Counted from the first letter of the stretch, positions 1-13,602 are shown. The stretch is 64,000 nt of DNA from Octopus bimaculoides (GCF_001194135.2 NC_068992.1:7235479-7299478); one strand, 5' to 3'. Notes: a model not told the origin generated them from the letters alone. Numbers and translations are program-made.

Positions 1-348
1 ACATCTTATAGAGTTACTACCTACTCCTTTTCTACATACTGAGCAGGGCCATCTACCTGAAGGGGTTTGTGTTTTATCTACCTTCCTACTTATTAGGATT
101 TTGGTTTTAGCTAGGTTGACTCTAAGGCCCTTCAATTCTAGACCTTGCTTCCACACCTGAAACTTCTCCTCTAGTTCTGATAGTGACTCCGCAATTAGGG
201 CAAGGTCATCAGCATAGAGGAGCTCCCAGGGGCAACCTGTCTTGAACTCCTCTGTGATTGCCTGGAGGACTATGGTAAATAATAGGGGGCTGAGGACGGA
301 ACCTTGGTGGACCCCTACCTCTACCCGGAATTCATTGCTGTACTCATT
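1..348 (-). mobile_element. RTE-clade LINE, reverse transcriptase fragment (5'-truncated, runs off the window)
   Basis: Manual translation of 348->1 is open for 116 codons: NEYSNEFRVEVGVHQGSVLSPLLFTIVLQAITEEFKTGCPWELLYADDLALIAES...KGLRVNLAKTK...WPCSVCRKGVGSNSIRC. It contains the QGSVLSP and YADD RT motifs. Confidence 0.95.
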
Positions 349-1460
349 TATATATAATGATTCTTTATAAGATGTCAAGTTCCAGGCTAATGTAATGGTA
401 TTTATGGCACCAGTTTGTCTATAAGTATTACATAACTTAGATAATTTTATTTAAAAACCTATTCTATTTCATAATAGCAATAATGATCAATGCAGACTGC
501 ATGTTAACAAAGAAATTCAAGTAATATTTTATAAATGTTATTTATATTTTCCTATGAGTGATTTATTGATTTCTGTCTATCGGCCCCACTTTCGAACCTC
601 TTAAGTATGTAACTTGTTCTCGTATTTCTGCTGTGGATGGAGGAGGTCGAACAGCTTAATTGGACTTCTTTAACTGATGCAGACACAATGGGATAACAGA
701 ATAAATACTAAATGGTTGATATGATAAATACTGCTTGTTTATGTTTCATTTCCCCATGCCCACCTCCACCTTACAGAAGATCTTTAGCAGACAACATCAA
801 TAATCTCAAGCCAAAGTGGTACTTGATTTGCTGGAAAAAACAGTAAAATCTTCTCTCAGATAAAAAAAAAATGCACACCTTCCTAAAGCAAAAAGGACCT
901 TGGCTAACAAGAGAGGTTCTATGTTCAAAATAACAATCACTTCCCTCTCAAATCAAACCATACCATCTTGAACAAGGAAATGCGCAGCCTAACAATTTAT
1001 CAATGTGCTAGAAATAGCAGTCAAATAAAACCACAGTTTCAATGTCACCAATTCCAACACTTGAGTTAACAAGAGAGCTTAAAGTAAAATTGGCTGCTGT
1101 TTCTAAGAAGTACAGCAACTCCATAGAGATTCATAAAATTATCTGTCCCAAGTCAATAGTATTAGTAGCTTTTTACAAAATTTCACATTAAAAGTAGATT
1201 CATGAATGATCTTTGAATAAAGTTGATTTCTTCCTTTCCTTTTAGTTTTGCCACTCCCAGCCACTGTAAAAGACAGACATAGATAGGTAGAAGCATTGTT
1301 GTATGCTTTAGAAGTTTGTTTTAGGACCACATGTCTGTTCCTAGTACATAAATTATTACAAGCATGCTTTCTTTAACCTTAGATCAATCAAAGCTATGTG
1401 TGAGAAATTTGTTAATAGAAACTGTGCAGAAGCATAGGTGCATACACATGCTGTACGACA

Positions 1461-1520
<60 letters not shown>
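1461..1520. repeat. (CA)n microsatellite, representative of many (CA)n/(TA)n/(GATA)n/(AAT)n tracts
   Basis: Direct reading. Other large tracts: 3698-3738, 4573-4660, 15069-15130, 18716-18760 (GATA), 18848-18930 (GTA/GTG), 29405-29525, 30795-30860, 37690-37800, 45700-45785, 53405-53505. Confidence 0.98.
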
Positions 1521-1521
<1 letters not shown>

Positions 1522-2849
1522 CATATATACACATATAGATAGATATTGGTGTTCTTCTGTGTGTAGTGGTACATATAGATAGATAGGTGTAGCAAATAAA
1601 AAAAAAAATACCATATTGGGTTTAGATTTCAGTTATGTCTCTTTGGTTGACTTAGCGTTACATTTTAATTTACAAGGAGCAGGGTACACTAAAGCAAGTA
1701 ACAGACAAATTAGTGTGTTCGAGATAATTGAATCATTAGATTATGCCACAGCATGGGTATAATCTAATGACTGAAACTAGTAAGAGAATAAAAGAGTGCT
1801 TTCATTTCTGATAAGTAAGACTTCATTTAGCAATTGATATCCTTTAAAACAAAGCGGTTGATTTTGATTTAACTCTGTTAGAATCAATCTTCATTTTGTA
1901 CAACTAAAACGGAAGAAAGATGAGAATTATATAAACTAAATTACTAATATAAGAATCTGTAATCATATTTCTTTACTATGATAATTATCATTCCTCAACT
2001 TAGGTCAATCTGGCATTATATTCGAATGCAAATAGCTGTAATTAGTGCTGTTTCTTTATTATGGATAATTATTCTTAAATACACGGGAGTACATTAATAG
2101 ATAGTCTGCAATAACAATGCAGTGAACATAGAAGGAAGATTCACAGTAAAGAGATATAATTTTCATCCTGAGCCAATGAGGAGAACCACTAGTTAGTTGC
2201 TGTATACTAGAAATAGCAACTAAATTTTCTTCAAACCAAACTATATCCAGAAAAAAAAATACACACTAGATGATGTAGTTCTAGATACAAATAACTGGCT
2301 AGAACTAGAAAGACAGAGAAACAGATAGATAGAAGGGCCCTCATTAGTCAGGGTTGATCATATATCTGCACTTATATGTACAGGCCTGAGCATGGCTTTT
2401 CGTTCGTTTGTGTGAAAGACTAGCAGCTGTCTATTCATGAAAGATCCCCTTCTCTATGCCATCCATGTTGTTCAAGGCTGGTTTTTCTTAAAAGCCCAAA
2501 CAGCATAACACTAGCATCATAGGTATTGTTATTAGAATCCAAAGATCCTGTACAGATACTGAAAGGCATTTTGTCTGGGGCTGTTAAAGTTCTACTAATC
2601 CATCACTTTGGATTGGTACTTCATAAATTTTAGTGACTGGAAAGTTGATCTTAGAATGATCTGAGCACAGTCAGAACCACAAGGCATTCTGTTCAACATA
2701 CTAACATCTCTGTCACATTGACACATATCTATAGAGCACAATGTGTGTGTGTGTGTGTGCATTCAAACACACACAGATTTCTTTATTATGAACAATGTAC
2801 ATCTGTAGATTAACATCAAAGACGCACTGAAATATAAGAATTTTTAGGT

Positions 2850-3040
2850 GCAGGTGTAGCTGTGTTGTTAAGAAGCTTATTTCCCAATTATATAGTTTTT
2901 GGTTGACTCTAATTGCATGGCACCTTTGACAAGTATCACCCTCTATAGACCTTGGCTGACCAAAGGCTTGTGAGTGGGTTTGGTTGACAGAAGCTGAAAG
3001 AAGCTCATGATATACACATACATGTGTGTGTGTGTGTGTG
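2850..3040 (+). mobile_element. tRNA-head SINE family A, degenerate 5' half
   Basis: Similar to 48805-48960 (gctgtgttgttaagaagctt...ccaaaggcttgtgagtgggtttgg...gaaagaagc), followed by a microsatellite. Confidence 0.8.
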
Positions 3041-3695
3041 TTGATGGCATGTTAAAATTGTAAATGAGCATCAAAATATTACCTTGCTTAGAATCAGATG
3101 AGGGTTGGTAGAAATCTACCCCTGCAAAATTTCATCTGACCCGTGTATGCAAAGAGAAGTGGGGATTAAATGATGATGATGATGAACTCTCTTTTGCATT
3201 TTTAGCCATTATCTACTGGTCTCCCCTGCCATGGACCAGCATCAGAATTCAGGAAATTAGTCTTATGAGTCTATAACTCAGGAAGGACCTTTGATTCTTC
3301 TTTTTCCCCACCAGATGGTTTAGTTAAGAAATAAACTAGTCTTAATTCTTAAATACATCGTCTTTCTATTAGCTTTCTATGATTAATGAAAATTATGAAA
3401 AATATTCTTTACAACATCTGTGCATTTGTGATGCAGGAAAACTGTTCAAATCAATGGAATGAAATAAATCAAAACCAGAGCTATGTGATACATCAAAATT
3501 CATATATTTACTTCAGTGTCTTAGTTGTTGATTTACAAATATACTTTGTGTAACATATAACATTTGTAGAATATTAATGTTCATTTGTTCGTAGCTGATT
3601 ATTCATTCTGTCATATTCTGAGTTTCTAGCTTCCGTGCATTCATTGAGTGTATACCTATCTACTAATCTGTCTGCTTGTCTGTCTATCCATCTAC

Positions 3696-3743
<48 letters not shown>

Positions 3744-3847
3744 GTGTGTTGAGTACCACTTTTCTCAATTGTCCACTCACTTGTATATAAATGTCTTTCT
3801 ACGTCTCTGTGTGTGTATATGTATATATATGTATGTGTGTGTGTATA

Positions 3848-4150
3848 TATCATCATCATCATTTAATGTTTGTTGCCCATGCTGGCATGGGTTGGACAGT
3901 TTGACCAGGGCTGACATGCTGGAAGGCTGCACCAGACTCCAGTCTGATTTGGCATGGTTTTCTACGGTTGGATGCCCTTCCTAACGCCAACCACTCTGAG
4001 AGTGTAGTGGGTGCTTTTACGTGCCACCAGCATGGGTGCCGTTTGCGTGACACTAGTATCTGCCATGACTGTGATTTTGCTCTGTTTGATGGGTCTTCTT
4101 TTCGATCATAACATTATGCCAAAGGTTTCAGTCATTGCTTCCATGAGGCC
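3848..4150 (-). mobile_element. RTE-type 3' tail repeat ending in (GAT)n
   Basis: Reverse complement of the 13430-13601/40057-40214 sequence (gcaccc actacactctc, ggaagggcatcc, ccaacccatgccagcatg, tgatgatg). Confidence 0.85.
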
Positions 4151-4179
4151 TAATGCTTCTGTCAAATAATAATAATAAT

Positions 4180-4350
4180 AATTTTGGCACAAGGCCACTT
4201 GACTGGCACTTTATTTTATCATTCTGAAAAGATGAAAAGCAAAGTTGATCTCAGTAGAATTTGAACTCAGAATGTAATGAACCAAAAGAAATACACTAAG
4301 CATTTTCTCCAACCCTCTAATGATCCTACCATCTCATCACCTTAATAATA
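4180..4350 (-). mobile_element. SINE family D fragment
   Basis: Reverse complement of gttctgagttcaaattc...actttgcttttcatc...gataaaataaagtgcc with (AAT)n ends. Similar minus copies lie at 19760-19880, 21440-21570 and 49680-49830. Confidence 0.7.
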
Positions 4351-4570
4351 ATAATAATAATAATAATAGAGATCTGAAACATTGTATGTAAATCTGAAGA
4401 AAACAGCTGCAAAAAACTTTAAATGTATCTTTATAATTAGCTAAAAGCATTGAATATTACTGTATATTTTTTTCATATCATCATTTGAAATTTATTTAAT
4501 TATTATTTGAGTTTGTGTTTGTATGTATGTGTATGAGTGTTTTGGAAAATATATGCTTATACATCTGTAT

Positions 4571-4647
<77 letters not shown>

Positions 4648-5439
4648 TATATATATGAGAGAGAGAGAAAAGTTAGTCTGTATTTGTGTATTTGGATATA
4701 TGTGTTTTTATAATTATATAAATAGTGTGTGTACATATGTACATATTTGTATAAATAAGTATAACGCTGCTATTCTTTGAAACATCTATTGCTAAAAACA
4801 TTACTGCGACATAGATTTAATAGTCTTTCTGACTTTCAGATTTTAATCTTATTGAACTTTTGAAAGAGTACAAAAAAGATTTGTTAAATATTTTATCCGT
4901 TCTGTTATTATTTAACCCTAGGTCCACTCTGATTAAGCAACTCTGTCATCACAGCTATTCATGTGACTACCCTATGCCTTCATGTGTCTGGGATCTAGGG
5001 TGTAGCCCAGTATGTCCTTTTTTTGTCTTAAGATAGTAGGGATGTGATTTAAGATAATTTTTCTTCTCCAAGCAGGTTATCAGCAACATAAATGCTCTCC
5101 CATCGTTTCGTGTTTGTTTAAATTATTGAAGGAGTCAGGTGGATAAGCAGTGAATCAAGGGAGAAAATATATTTCACTATTTTGTTGAGTCTCTTTATGT
5201 ACCAAGAGTCACATCCTGTCAGGGTTGACTTTGCTTTACATCCTTTAGTGGGTTCATAAAAGAAAATATCAGTTATTACTATTTATTATCATGTTAGCCA
5301 TAAAAATGTGATACTTATAAAGACATTCCAGTTGTGGTCATCTTGTCTATATTTTTAGATGGGTTTAGTCAAGCAATTTAATCCTAATACTTATTCTATC
5401 AATCACTTTTAAACGGTTATAAACAAACTAACACCAGTT

Positions 5440-5620
5440 ATCAAGTGATGGAGGTCCAAATATACACACACACACACAAACAGTTTCCATCTACCAAATT
5501 CACTCACAAGGCAGTGGTTGTAGCAGAAGATACTTGCCCAAGTTGCTGCACTGGTGGGACTGAACCCAGAACTATGTCATTGTAAAGTAAGCTTCTTAAC
5601 CACACAGCTATGCCTACATC
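5440..5620 (-). mobile_element. tRNA-head SINE family A, 5' half
   Basis: Reverse complement of gctgtgtggttaagaagctt...ggttcagtcccacc...cttgggcaagtatcttct...ccttgtgagtgaatttgg. Confidence 0.8.
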
Positions 5621-6739
5621 TATACACAGAATTACATTTTGCATTCCATCTATTCTTTTCAAAAGACAGTCATTTGTGATTGGAGGGATATTTACTACTA
5701 TTTCCAAGACACTGATTTACCCTATAAATGTTACATCGCTAGTTTGTATCAGTACCGGTTAAGTGGTGGAGTTGATCAAAACAATTCTTCAACTCGATAT
5801 CAACAAGTGGATGATATGTGATGCTGAGCAACTTTTATGCAAACAATGGAATAGCATTTCTTGAGTACACGGTAGGATGTGAGAGCAAAACTCCATTGCA
5901 GATCTCACCTGAGCTTTGCAGAGAATTAATAATTATTGGGGAAATGAAATATTATTATTGGTGTTGAGGAAGTGTGTGTGTGTGTGTGTGTGGACGTTTG
6001 TACATACATATGAATGTAGATATTGTTGTTTGGCCTGCAATCCAGTTTCTGTCGCATTGTTATATAATGACAAAGAATTAAATAGAAATAAATTGAATTG
6101 AATTCTATGGTGTCACAACACATTATCATCTCTTACAATGATGATGTATTAATGATGTTGAATAGATAAGATAACCAAAGTGAATTCTGCCTCCTGAACA
6201 ATATTATACTTACCGATATGATTGTTCCCATAGACAAAATGCAACTTGCAGAAAAAAATAAAAAAAGAAAGCATTCTAAACATCCTTAATATTTGGAGAT
6301 ATTTTGTTTTTCAAAGGATTCCCTTTAGAATTTTTGTCTTTTAGATTTAAACAGAATCCTTGGATGCAACTGTCATTTTATTATTACATTATGTTTCAGT
6401 TCATTCATTTATAATACAAAATTCATCAGTTTGGATATATTTGATGATATTATATAAATTTCACATATATTTCACAATATGGTGAAAATATTTTTCGATA
6501 CTTCTTTGTAAAACCTATTATTTGTATGTCAGAATGTGTTTTAGCTAGCAAAACAATAGATATAAACCTGGTGGCTAATGATGATAGGAAATAAAACTGA
6601 CGTTTATATAAAATTGTTCCCTTATGAATACATTGAATACATTGCTTTCATCATGTATTATGAAATCAAATATGTGTATGTATGGATATGGGTGTTAGTG
6701 GTAGGAAGTGGATAGGTGTGTTTTTCAGAAACCCAAAAA

Positions 6740-7035
6740 CTGGAGGTCTGCTGAGAGGAGAGGGAAAGAGAGAAGGAGAAGGAAGAGTTAGAGAAATACA
6801 ATGAGATATAAAAAAGCTAAACAGAAAGAAATATGATGACAATGGAAAACACAAAACAGAGAGAGCAAAAAAGTGAAATGTAGATAGAGGGAGAAAGGCA
6901 GGATTGGAGAAGCGAGAGCATGGAAGAGACGGATGTTGTTATTGAGAGGAAGACAGAGAGAACTGGTTTTATTACAGTCACTTCTTAGCAAGTCAGATCG
7001 AGAGGAGAAAGAGAGAAAGAAAGAAAGAGAAAGAG
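6740..7035. repeat. Polypurine (AG-rich) low-complexity tract
   Basis: Nearly all A/G on the + strand. Confidence 0.85.
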
Positions 7036-9787
7036 TGTGTGCACGCATATGCATGCATGTGTACATGTGTGTGTTTCTATCAAAACTATAACCTTGATAT
7101 GTAGGTTTGTAAAATGTTTCAGTATGACGCTGTTACATCATGTTATTTATGAGAAATTTGTATAAGAAATCTGAAGCAATCTTGTAGTAGTACTACTCTA
7201 TAATCATATAATCAATTCAACTGAAGTAACATTATTGCAAACATGAATAACAAACTACAACAAACAAGCTATAACTAAAGAAGCTACATATATATATATA
7301 TCTATATATCTATATATATATATATATATATATCTATATANNNNNNNNNNNNNNNNNNNNNNNNNNNNNNNNNNNNNNNNNNNNNNNNNNNNNNNNNNNN
7401 NNNNNNNNNNNNNNNNNNNNNNNNNNNNNNNNNNNNNNNNNNNNNNNNNNNNNNNNNNNNNNNNNNNNNNNNNNNNNNNNNNNNNNNNNNNNNNNNNNNN
7501 NNNNNNNNNNNNNNNNNNNNNNNNNNNNNNNNTATATATATATATATGCATATATATATGCATATATATAAAGTGTGTGGGTATAAATATGCAAAATATA
7601 TACTCCCAGTCACTTAACATCTCAGAAATAAGCTCCAGCCTAATGAGACAAGTATGTATAGAGTCATACACACACACACACACATCGTCCAACCCATGCC
7701 AGCATGGAAAATGGACATTAAAGGATGATGATAATGATATATACATATACACACACTCACACACATATATGTATATAAAAAGCTGGCTCTCCATTGGTTA
7801 TCACAAGGGTTCCAGTTGATCCAATCAACAGAACAGCCTGCTCATCAAATTAACATGTTTAAGGACACCCAGTACTACTTTTGCAGAGCACAAGTTGGGA
7901 ACTACTGATCTAGGATAGATAGGAAGTATATCAGACCTGCCTGACCCATATCAGCATAGGAGAATCAGTGAATGCAGGTGACAGTGGCAGTGGCATCATC
8001 ATCATCATCATCATCCATGTTGATGATAAGGAACATAATTAATTGAACAACAGTTCTATTAATATAAACTGGTCACTAACTTGCTAATATGAGATCCCCT
8101 ATAATATAAACGGGCCAATGAGAGAGCCTGCATTTGGTTGCTCAACTTACCAGAAGCAGTAGCTAAATCTTTCTCATACTACAGCATGATGTTTTAAACA
8201 GAAATGAGATCCACTGCCAGAGAGACAAAAAAATGGTTAGGCGTGTAGTCAACACTGAGATGCTTTCAATCATTGGTTTGCTTGATCAGGGCTGATCAAC
8301 AACTGCAATGACGATTATGAATCATACTAAGTGTATCCTAGTTTGAGATTTTTGTTAGTAATTTATTGATGCATATATTTAAATGAAACTGTTTGAACAA
8401 CTGAGTTTAAATGTTTTAAAATGTATATAAAAATGGGGTGCTTTTAGCAGAACCCATTCTGTTGCGAGTATTCAGACTAGATCTACAGCGTGAGAGTAAC
8501 TTTTCTATTCTATTTTTTAACCCCCTTACAACACACACACACTTGTCTTTATTAGATTTTTTTCCCATTTCGATTTTGATAACTTTATTTGATAACATGG
8601 CTTATATTCTGAAAGGTCAGGTCATTGACTGAAACTGTGTATTCTAACATAGGCAGAAGACTTTTGATTGAAATAATATCCACACATTGTGTTGCATCAA
8701 GCTTGTATTAACATGATCATCTAACTGTGCAATATGCTTCCATGATCAAAATGGAATATTTTTTTTTAAATTGCTGATTCATCCAGGTCATTTTTCAAAG
8801 ATTAAAAGATAGATTATATCAAAGAAAATTATTCAACAATCAAAATATAAATTTAAAAACAAAATGTGGCAAATAAACAAGGACAAAATAGGAATTGGAT
8901 TCACTTACGGCATTTAAATGCATGTTAAATAAAGTTACTTGCTAAAAAGAAAATTAAATCAAAAGAATTCTGCTTAATACAGAAATTTGCATCACTATGA
9001 TAACATTTTCAGTTTAATTTCATCTAATTATCCTTTTCAAAATAAATTGCTGAAATTGGTTTAGACAAACATGTTGAAAACTAGAACTTATTTATTTAAT
9101 TTGTTTTATTTGGGCAAATAGCATTATTGGTTCTGGCTTTTAATGGACCAATCACTAGTTTACTTGCACTAGCAAGTCTGAAAATGAAGTATCTATAACT
9201 TTGTGTACAACAAATATTGCAAGGGATCTTGTTAAAAAAGGCAATAGTTTTTTTTTTTTTTATTGCTAGTGATTCCATCCATTTCCAATGTATCTCAGTT
9301 CAAGAGATACTTTGTTGAATATACACACACTCACACACACACAACAGCATCAACACAGCTTCCATCCACTGAATTCCACTCGAAGGATGTAGATCAACTC
9401 AAGACACTTGCACATGATGTTGTGCAACAGGATCAAACACAGAATCATGCAGGCACAAAGCAAACGTTTTAATCCCACAACTATTTTAGCTCTCAAGAGA
9501 TATATCAGAAGCAAATATATGTTAAAGCTAAAACAATCCAGAGAAATGAGCAAAGTATATTAGACCCATCTTATACATGACTTTCAGGGCATCTATACAA
9601 TGGAGTATCCAAAAGTAACTTCAAATGTTCTCTATAGGACAAGCCCATTGTAATTCAGGCGTCTGCTTCTAGAAGCCACTTGATGTGACTCTCAGGCATC
9701 AGTCTGCTGACCGGCGTTGTCCAGGGGGGGGGGGGTCATACTGGTCTTTGTTTTGCAGTGCTTCTCCCCTGTTCATTAATTTTTGCA

Positions 9788-10008
9788 ATGGCTGAAACGA
9801 GGAACAGCAGGTTTCTGTGAAATTCTGTTTTCTGCTGGGGAAAATGGCAGTTAAAAGCAGTCCCCATGCTTCAAACAGCTTACAAGGTTGCTGCCAAGAG
9901 CAAAACAGAAGTTTATGAGTGGTTTTCACATTTTAAGAATGGTCCACTTATCACTTGCTGATCAACCTCATTCAGGGCAAACATCAACCTCCCAAACGAA
10001 TGAAAACC
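9788..10008 (+). pseudogene. Mariner transposase N-terminal (HTH) relic, frameshifted
   Basis: Across frames reads MAE...EQQVSVKFCFLLGK...MLQTAYK.AA.SKTEVYEWFSHFKNG...DQPHSG..STSQTNEN, matching the mariner N-terminal pattern (KFCFKLGK...EWF..FK.G...D.PRSGRP). Confidence 0.8.
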
Positions 10009-10779
10009 TCTTATTGGGATACATTTAGTATCTTTTGTAATTTTTATTGTTGTTGTTGATTAATCCTGATCAAGCAAACTTAAAATACTAAGCTTTTTTT
10101 TTTCTCTCTTTTTCTCTGGCAGTGATTCTCATTTCTGTCTAAAATACGCTGTAATAAGAGAGACATTTAGCTGCTGTTTCTGGCAAGTTGAGCAACCACA
10201 TGCCGGCACTCTCTTTGGCTCATTTATTTTATTGATTATCTTATATCAGCAAGTGTGATGTTTATATTAGTGACCAGTTTATACTAACAGAACTCTTGTA
10301 AAATTCATTATCTTCACCATCATCATCATCATCATCATCAACATGCACATCATTATCTGCATTGACCATTTCTTCTATACTGACATGGGTTAGACATACA
10401 ATTTATAACATTTTTCCATTGTCTCATCTGTGAGTCTATCATCACATTTTCTTCAGCTTTCTCTTCAAATATTTTCTGCTGAATATGTCAGCAAGAGATC
10501 CTTTACGTGGTTACCTAAACTGCTAAGTACACTAGCCAAATCCCCTTAAAATTGCGCATTACCTTCTTGAAAAGAGAAGGTATGTTGAATAATGTGATGA
10601 ATATGCAAAGCACCTAGTGAAAGACAGGATGGCTGTGGTTGGATCAGTTTTGATCATAGATTTGTTCAACCAAGACTAACCTGGGGCTGAACAACAACAA
10701 ATACCTGTACTGTATTTTTGTCTGCTCCAATTGGAATGTCTCATAGGAGTGAGGGGCACAAGCATGACCATGTAGTTAT

Positions 10780-11095
10780 AAGTGCAGGAGTGGCAGTGTG
10801 GTTAAGATGCTTGCTTCTCGTAATTTGGTTTTAGGTTCAGTCCCACTGTGTGGAACCTTAGGTAAGTATTTTCTACCACAGACATGGGTTGACCAAATCC
10901 TCATAAGTGGATTCAGTTGATGGAAACTGATAAATGAAACCCATTGCACACACATATATGTACATGTTTGTGTCTGTCTCCCACCACAGCCTAACAATTG
11001 GTGTTGGTTAATCTATCTCCCTGTAACTTAGCAGTTTAACAAAAGAGACTAATAGAATAAATACCTACCATGTACTAGGGTCGATTTGTTCATCT
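10780..11095 (+). mobile_element. tRNA-head SINE family A, degenerate near-full copy
   Basis: gcaggagtggcagtgtggttaag...ggttcagtcccactgtgtgg...tggtgttgg...gtaacttagcag...gatagaataa...gggtcgatttgttc. Confidence 0.8.
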
Positions 11096-11169
11096 TGACA
11101 TTTTCATACTTGTATCAGAATTGAAGCAGATTTTCTATGTCTGGAAGCCCTTCTTATCATCAGTCCTCA

Positions 11170-11890
11170 TCTGTACATGACTACATATGTATACACATTG
11201 TGCTTCCAGGACTTCAGCTTCACCAAGATAGACTGGTTTTCTCCAATGGAAACAGATGTCTGTTTTCCTACTAACTCAATCATTGCCACATTAACTTTGA
11301 GTCCATTAAATTCCAGGTTTTGCTTTCACACATGGAATTCTGTCTCTAATTCTATTGCATATTTAATTATTGTGATGACATCATTTGCATTAAGGAGTTC
11401 CCATGAGCAACTGGAATTAAACTCCTCAGTTGTAGCACGAAGGACTTTGGTGATTAAGAAGGGACTGAGAACCAATCCCTGATTAACGATCAGCACAGTA
11501 AATTTATTATTGTGCTCATTAATTCACACCATACTGACAACATCTCTGTTCATGGCTGGTATGGATCTCACAACCTATTCATCTATCTCAAGCTTCCTCA
11601 GTGACCCCCAGCTTACAGACCAAGGGACCCTGTCAAAGGCCTCTCCAGGTCAATGAATACTAAGTACAGCAATTTACTTTTAGCTCAGTATTTCTCTTGC
11701 AATTGTTTCACTAGAAAGACAGCAAATGTAGCATCTTTCCCTGACACAAAATAAAATTGCATATCATTTAGTCTAACTCAGATTCTCTTCTCTAATTAAT
11801 TGAGTCATAATTCTTTCCATAAATTTCATGGCCTCATCCACCAATGTGATTCTTCTGTAATATCTCTCTCTCTGGAAGGCATCTCTTTTA
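11170..11890 (-). pseudogene. Degenerate RTE LINE reverse transcriptase fragment
   Basis: Minus-strand translation with stops and frameshifts: YRRITLVDEAMKFMERIMTQLIRE...MQF.FVSGK...VKQLQEKY.AK.KLLYLVFIDLE.AFDRVP...NQGLVLSPFL...TEEFNSSCSWELLNAND. Collinear with the intact 1-348 copy. Confidence 0.85.
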
Positions 11891-11947
11891 TTATATGTGT
11901 GTGTGCCCCAGTGTGGCAGTACTCCAATGACTGAAACAAGTACTAGA

Positions 11948-11980
<33 letters not shown>

Positions 11981-12361
11981 AATATACAAAATTAAGTAAA
12001 TGACAAGGAAATGAGAATTAAGTAATACTGTTCTTTAGCCATTCAACTTTATATTACACTTTCTTTGTGACTAATGCTTTATTGCATTATTCTGAAACAT
12101 TCACATTGAGTTCCAACACCAGGTTAATAGTATCACTATGCCTAAGCATAAACGTCTAGTTAGAATAGAGGCAGCTGACGAAGGATTAATTCCAAGTGGC
12201 AATCTGTTTTCCTATGTGTTCGTTCCGTGGTCTGTAGTTCATTGTTCTAACGTCCTGTACCCTGATATGCATCTATATACACATGTAGATGTAAGTATGT
12301 ACATATATGTGTGTATACATGCATATATATTCTTTGTATTATATACCTATANNNNNNNNNN

Positions 12362-12425
<64 letters not shown>

Positions 12426-12980
12426 GAACAATTATATATAAATATGTGCTGACAGACAGATAGATAGATAAGGTGTTTATATATATATATATATTATACA
12501 CACACACATGTATGCACATACATATGTATATACACATATAGAAATACATATACATGCATACACATAGATATACACACATTCATTCCTTCTCATAGTGTGT
12601 GCATGCATGTGTGTATCCCATACTTGTGAGTGTGCTTGGTTTTAAAATCTTACTCTGCCCTTGTACTATTTTTCAAGGGACTTAACTCATTTCAAGTATT
12701 TTAGAGTAATCTACCTTATCACTTTTTTTTTATAACCTTTATTCAAATATTTGTTTCTAACACGAAATTTATTACAATTGATTTAAAATTGATTATATAA
12801 ATATAACAAGGAATTTCTTAGATCAGAAATGTTTCGCTTGGAATATTGCTATTAGTTGTTTTGAGGGTCTTACTGATTAGAAACGTAGTATGGTAATAAC
12901 TGATCGATTAACCTAATTTTGCTTTCAACAATCACTTCATTTCATTGAAGCAAGGTTGAGAATATTTAATCTGTTGCTAG

Positions 12981-13076
12981 TTTCAACCATTAAGCTGTAT
13001 TTATGCTCTGGCAACCCCAATGATGTTATATGCTACCTTTCCTTTCTCGTGTTCTTGTTGATGCTGTTGAGCTCTG
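12981..13076 (+). CDS. Candidate signal-peptide-encoding exon of the Dpr/ZIG-8-like gene (speculative)
   Basis: Open frame ...CYLSFLVFLLMLLSS-G|gt ends in phase 1, the phase the 16976 exon needs. The join gives LLMLLSSVTG-GRYQRYY. Against it: the donor GTTGTA is weak and there is no in-frame ATG before the hydrophobic stretch. Confidence 0.3.
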
Positions 13077-13254
13077 GTTGTAACTACTTCATCTTTTTAT
13101 AAGACAGTCGGTATCTAGAACTGTACTATTTAATCAGCCCTTCTTTTCCTTCTTTTGTTAGTGACATGTGTTTTAACGCACATTTCTCTGCTATTTCTAG
13201 CTGTTCAAGTAGGAGGTCCTTCATTGGATTCCTCTGTTTAATATATATGTAATG

Positions 13255-13602
13255 AGGCCTGTGCCCAGCATCGCCTTTCTGGCACTTGTGCCGGTGGCAC
13301 GTGTAAAAACTTTTGAGCGAGATCGTTGCCAGTGCCGCTGGACTGGCTCTTGTGCGGGTGGCACATAAAATACACCATTTTGGAGTATGGCCGTTGCCAG
13401 TACCTCCTGACTGGTCTTCGTGCCGGTGGCACGTAAAAGCACCCACTACACTCTCGGAGTGGTTGGCGTTAAGAAGAGCATCCAGCTGTAGAAACTCTGC
13501 CAAATCAGATTGGAGCCTGGTGTAGCCATCTGGTTCACCAGTCCTCAGTCAAATCGTCCAACCCATGCTAGCATGGAAAGCGGACGTTAAACGATGATGA
13601 TG
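13255..13602 (+). mobile_element. RTE-type 3' tail repeat with triplicated internal unit, ending in (GAT)n
   Basis: Three gtgccggtggcac units, then gcacccactacactctcggagtggttggcg...ccaacccatgctagcatggaaagcggacgttaaacgatgatgatg. The same motif begins the 3' UTR of the RTE at 32115-32137. Confidence 0.85.
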
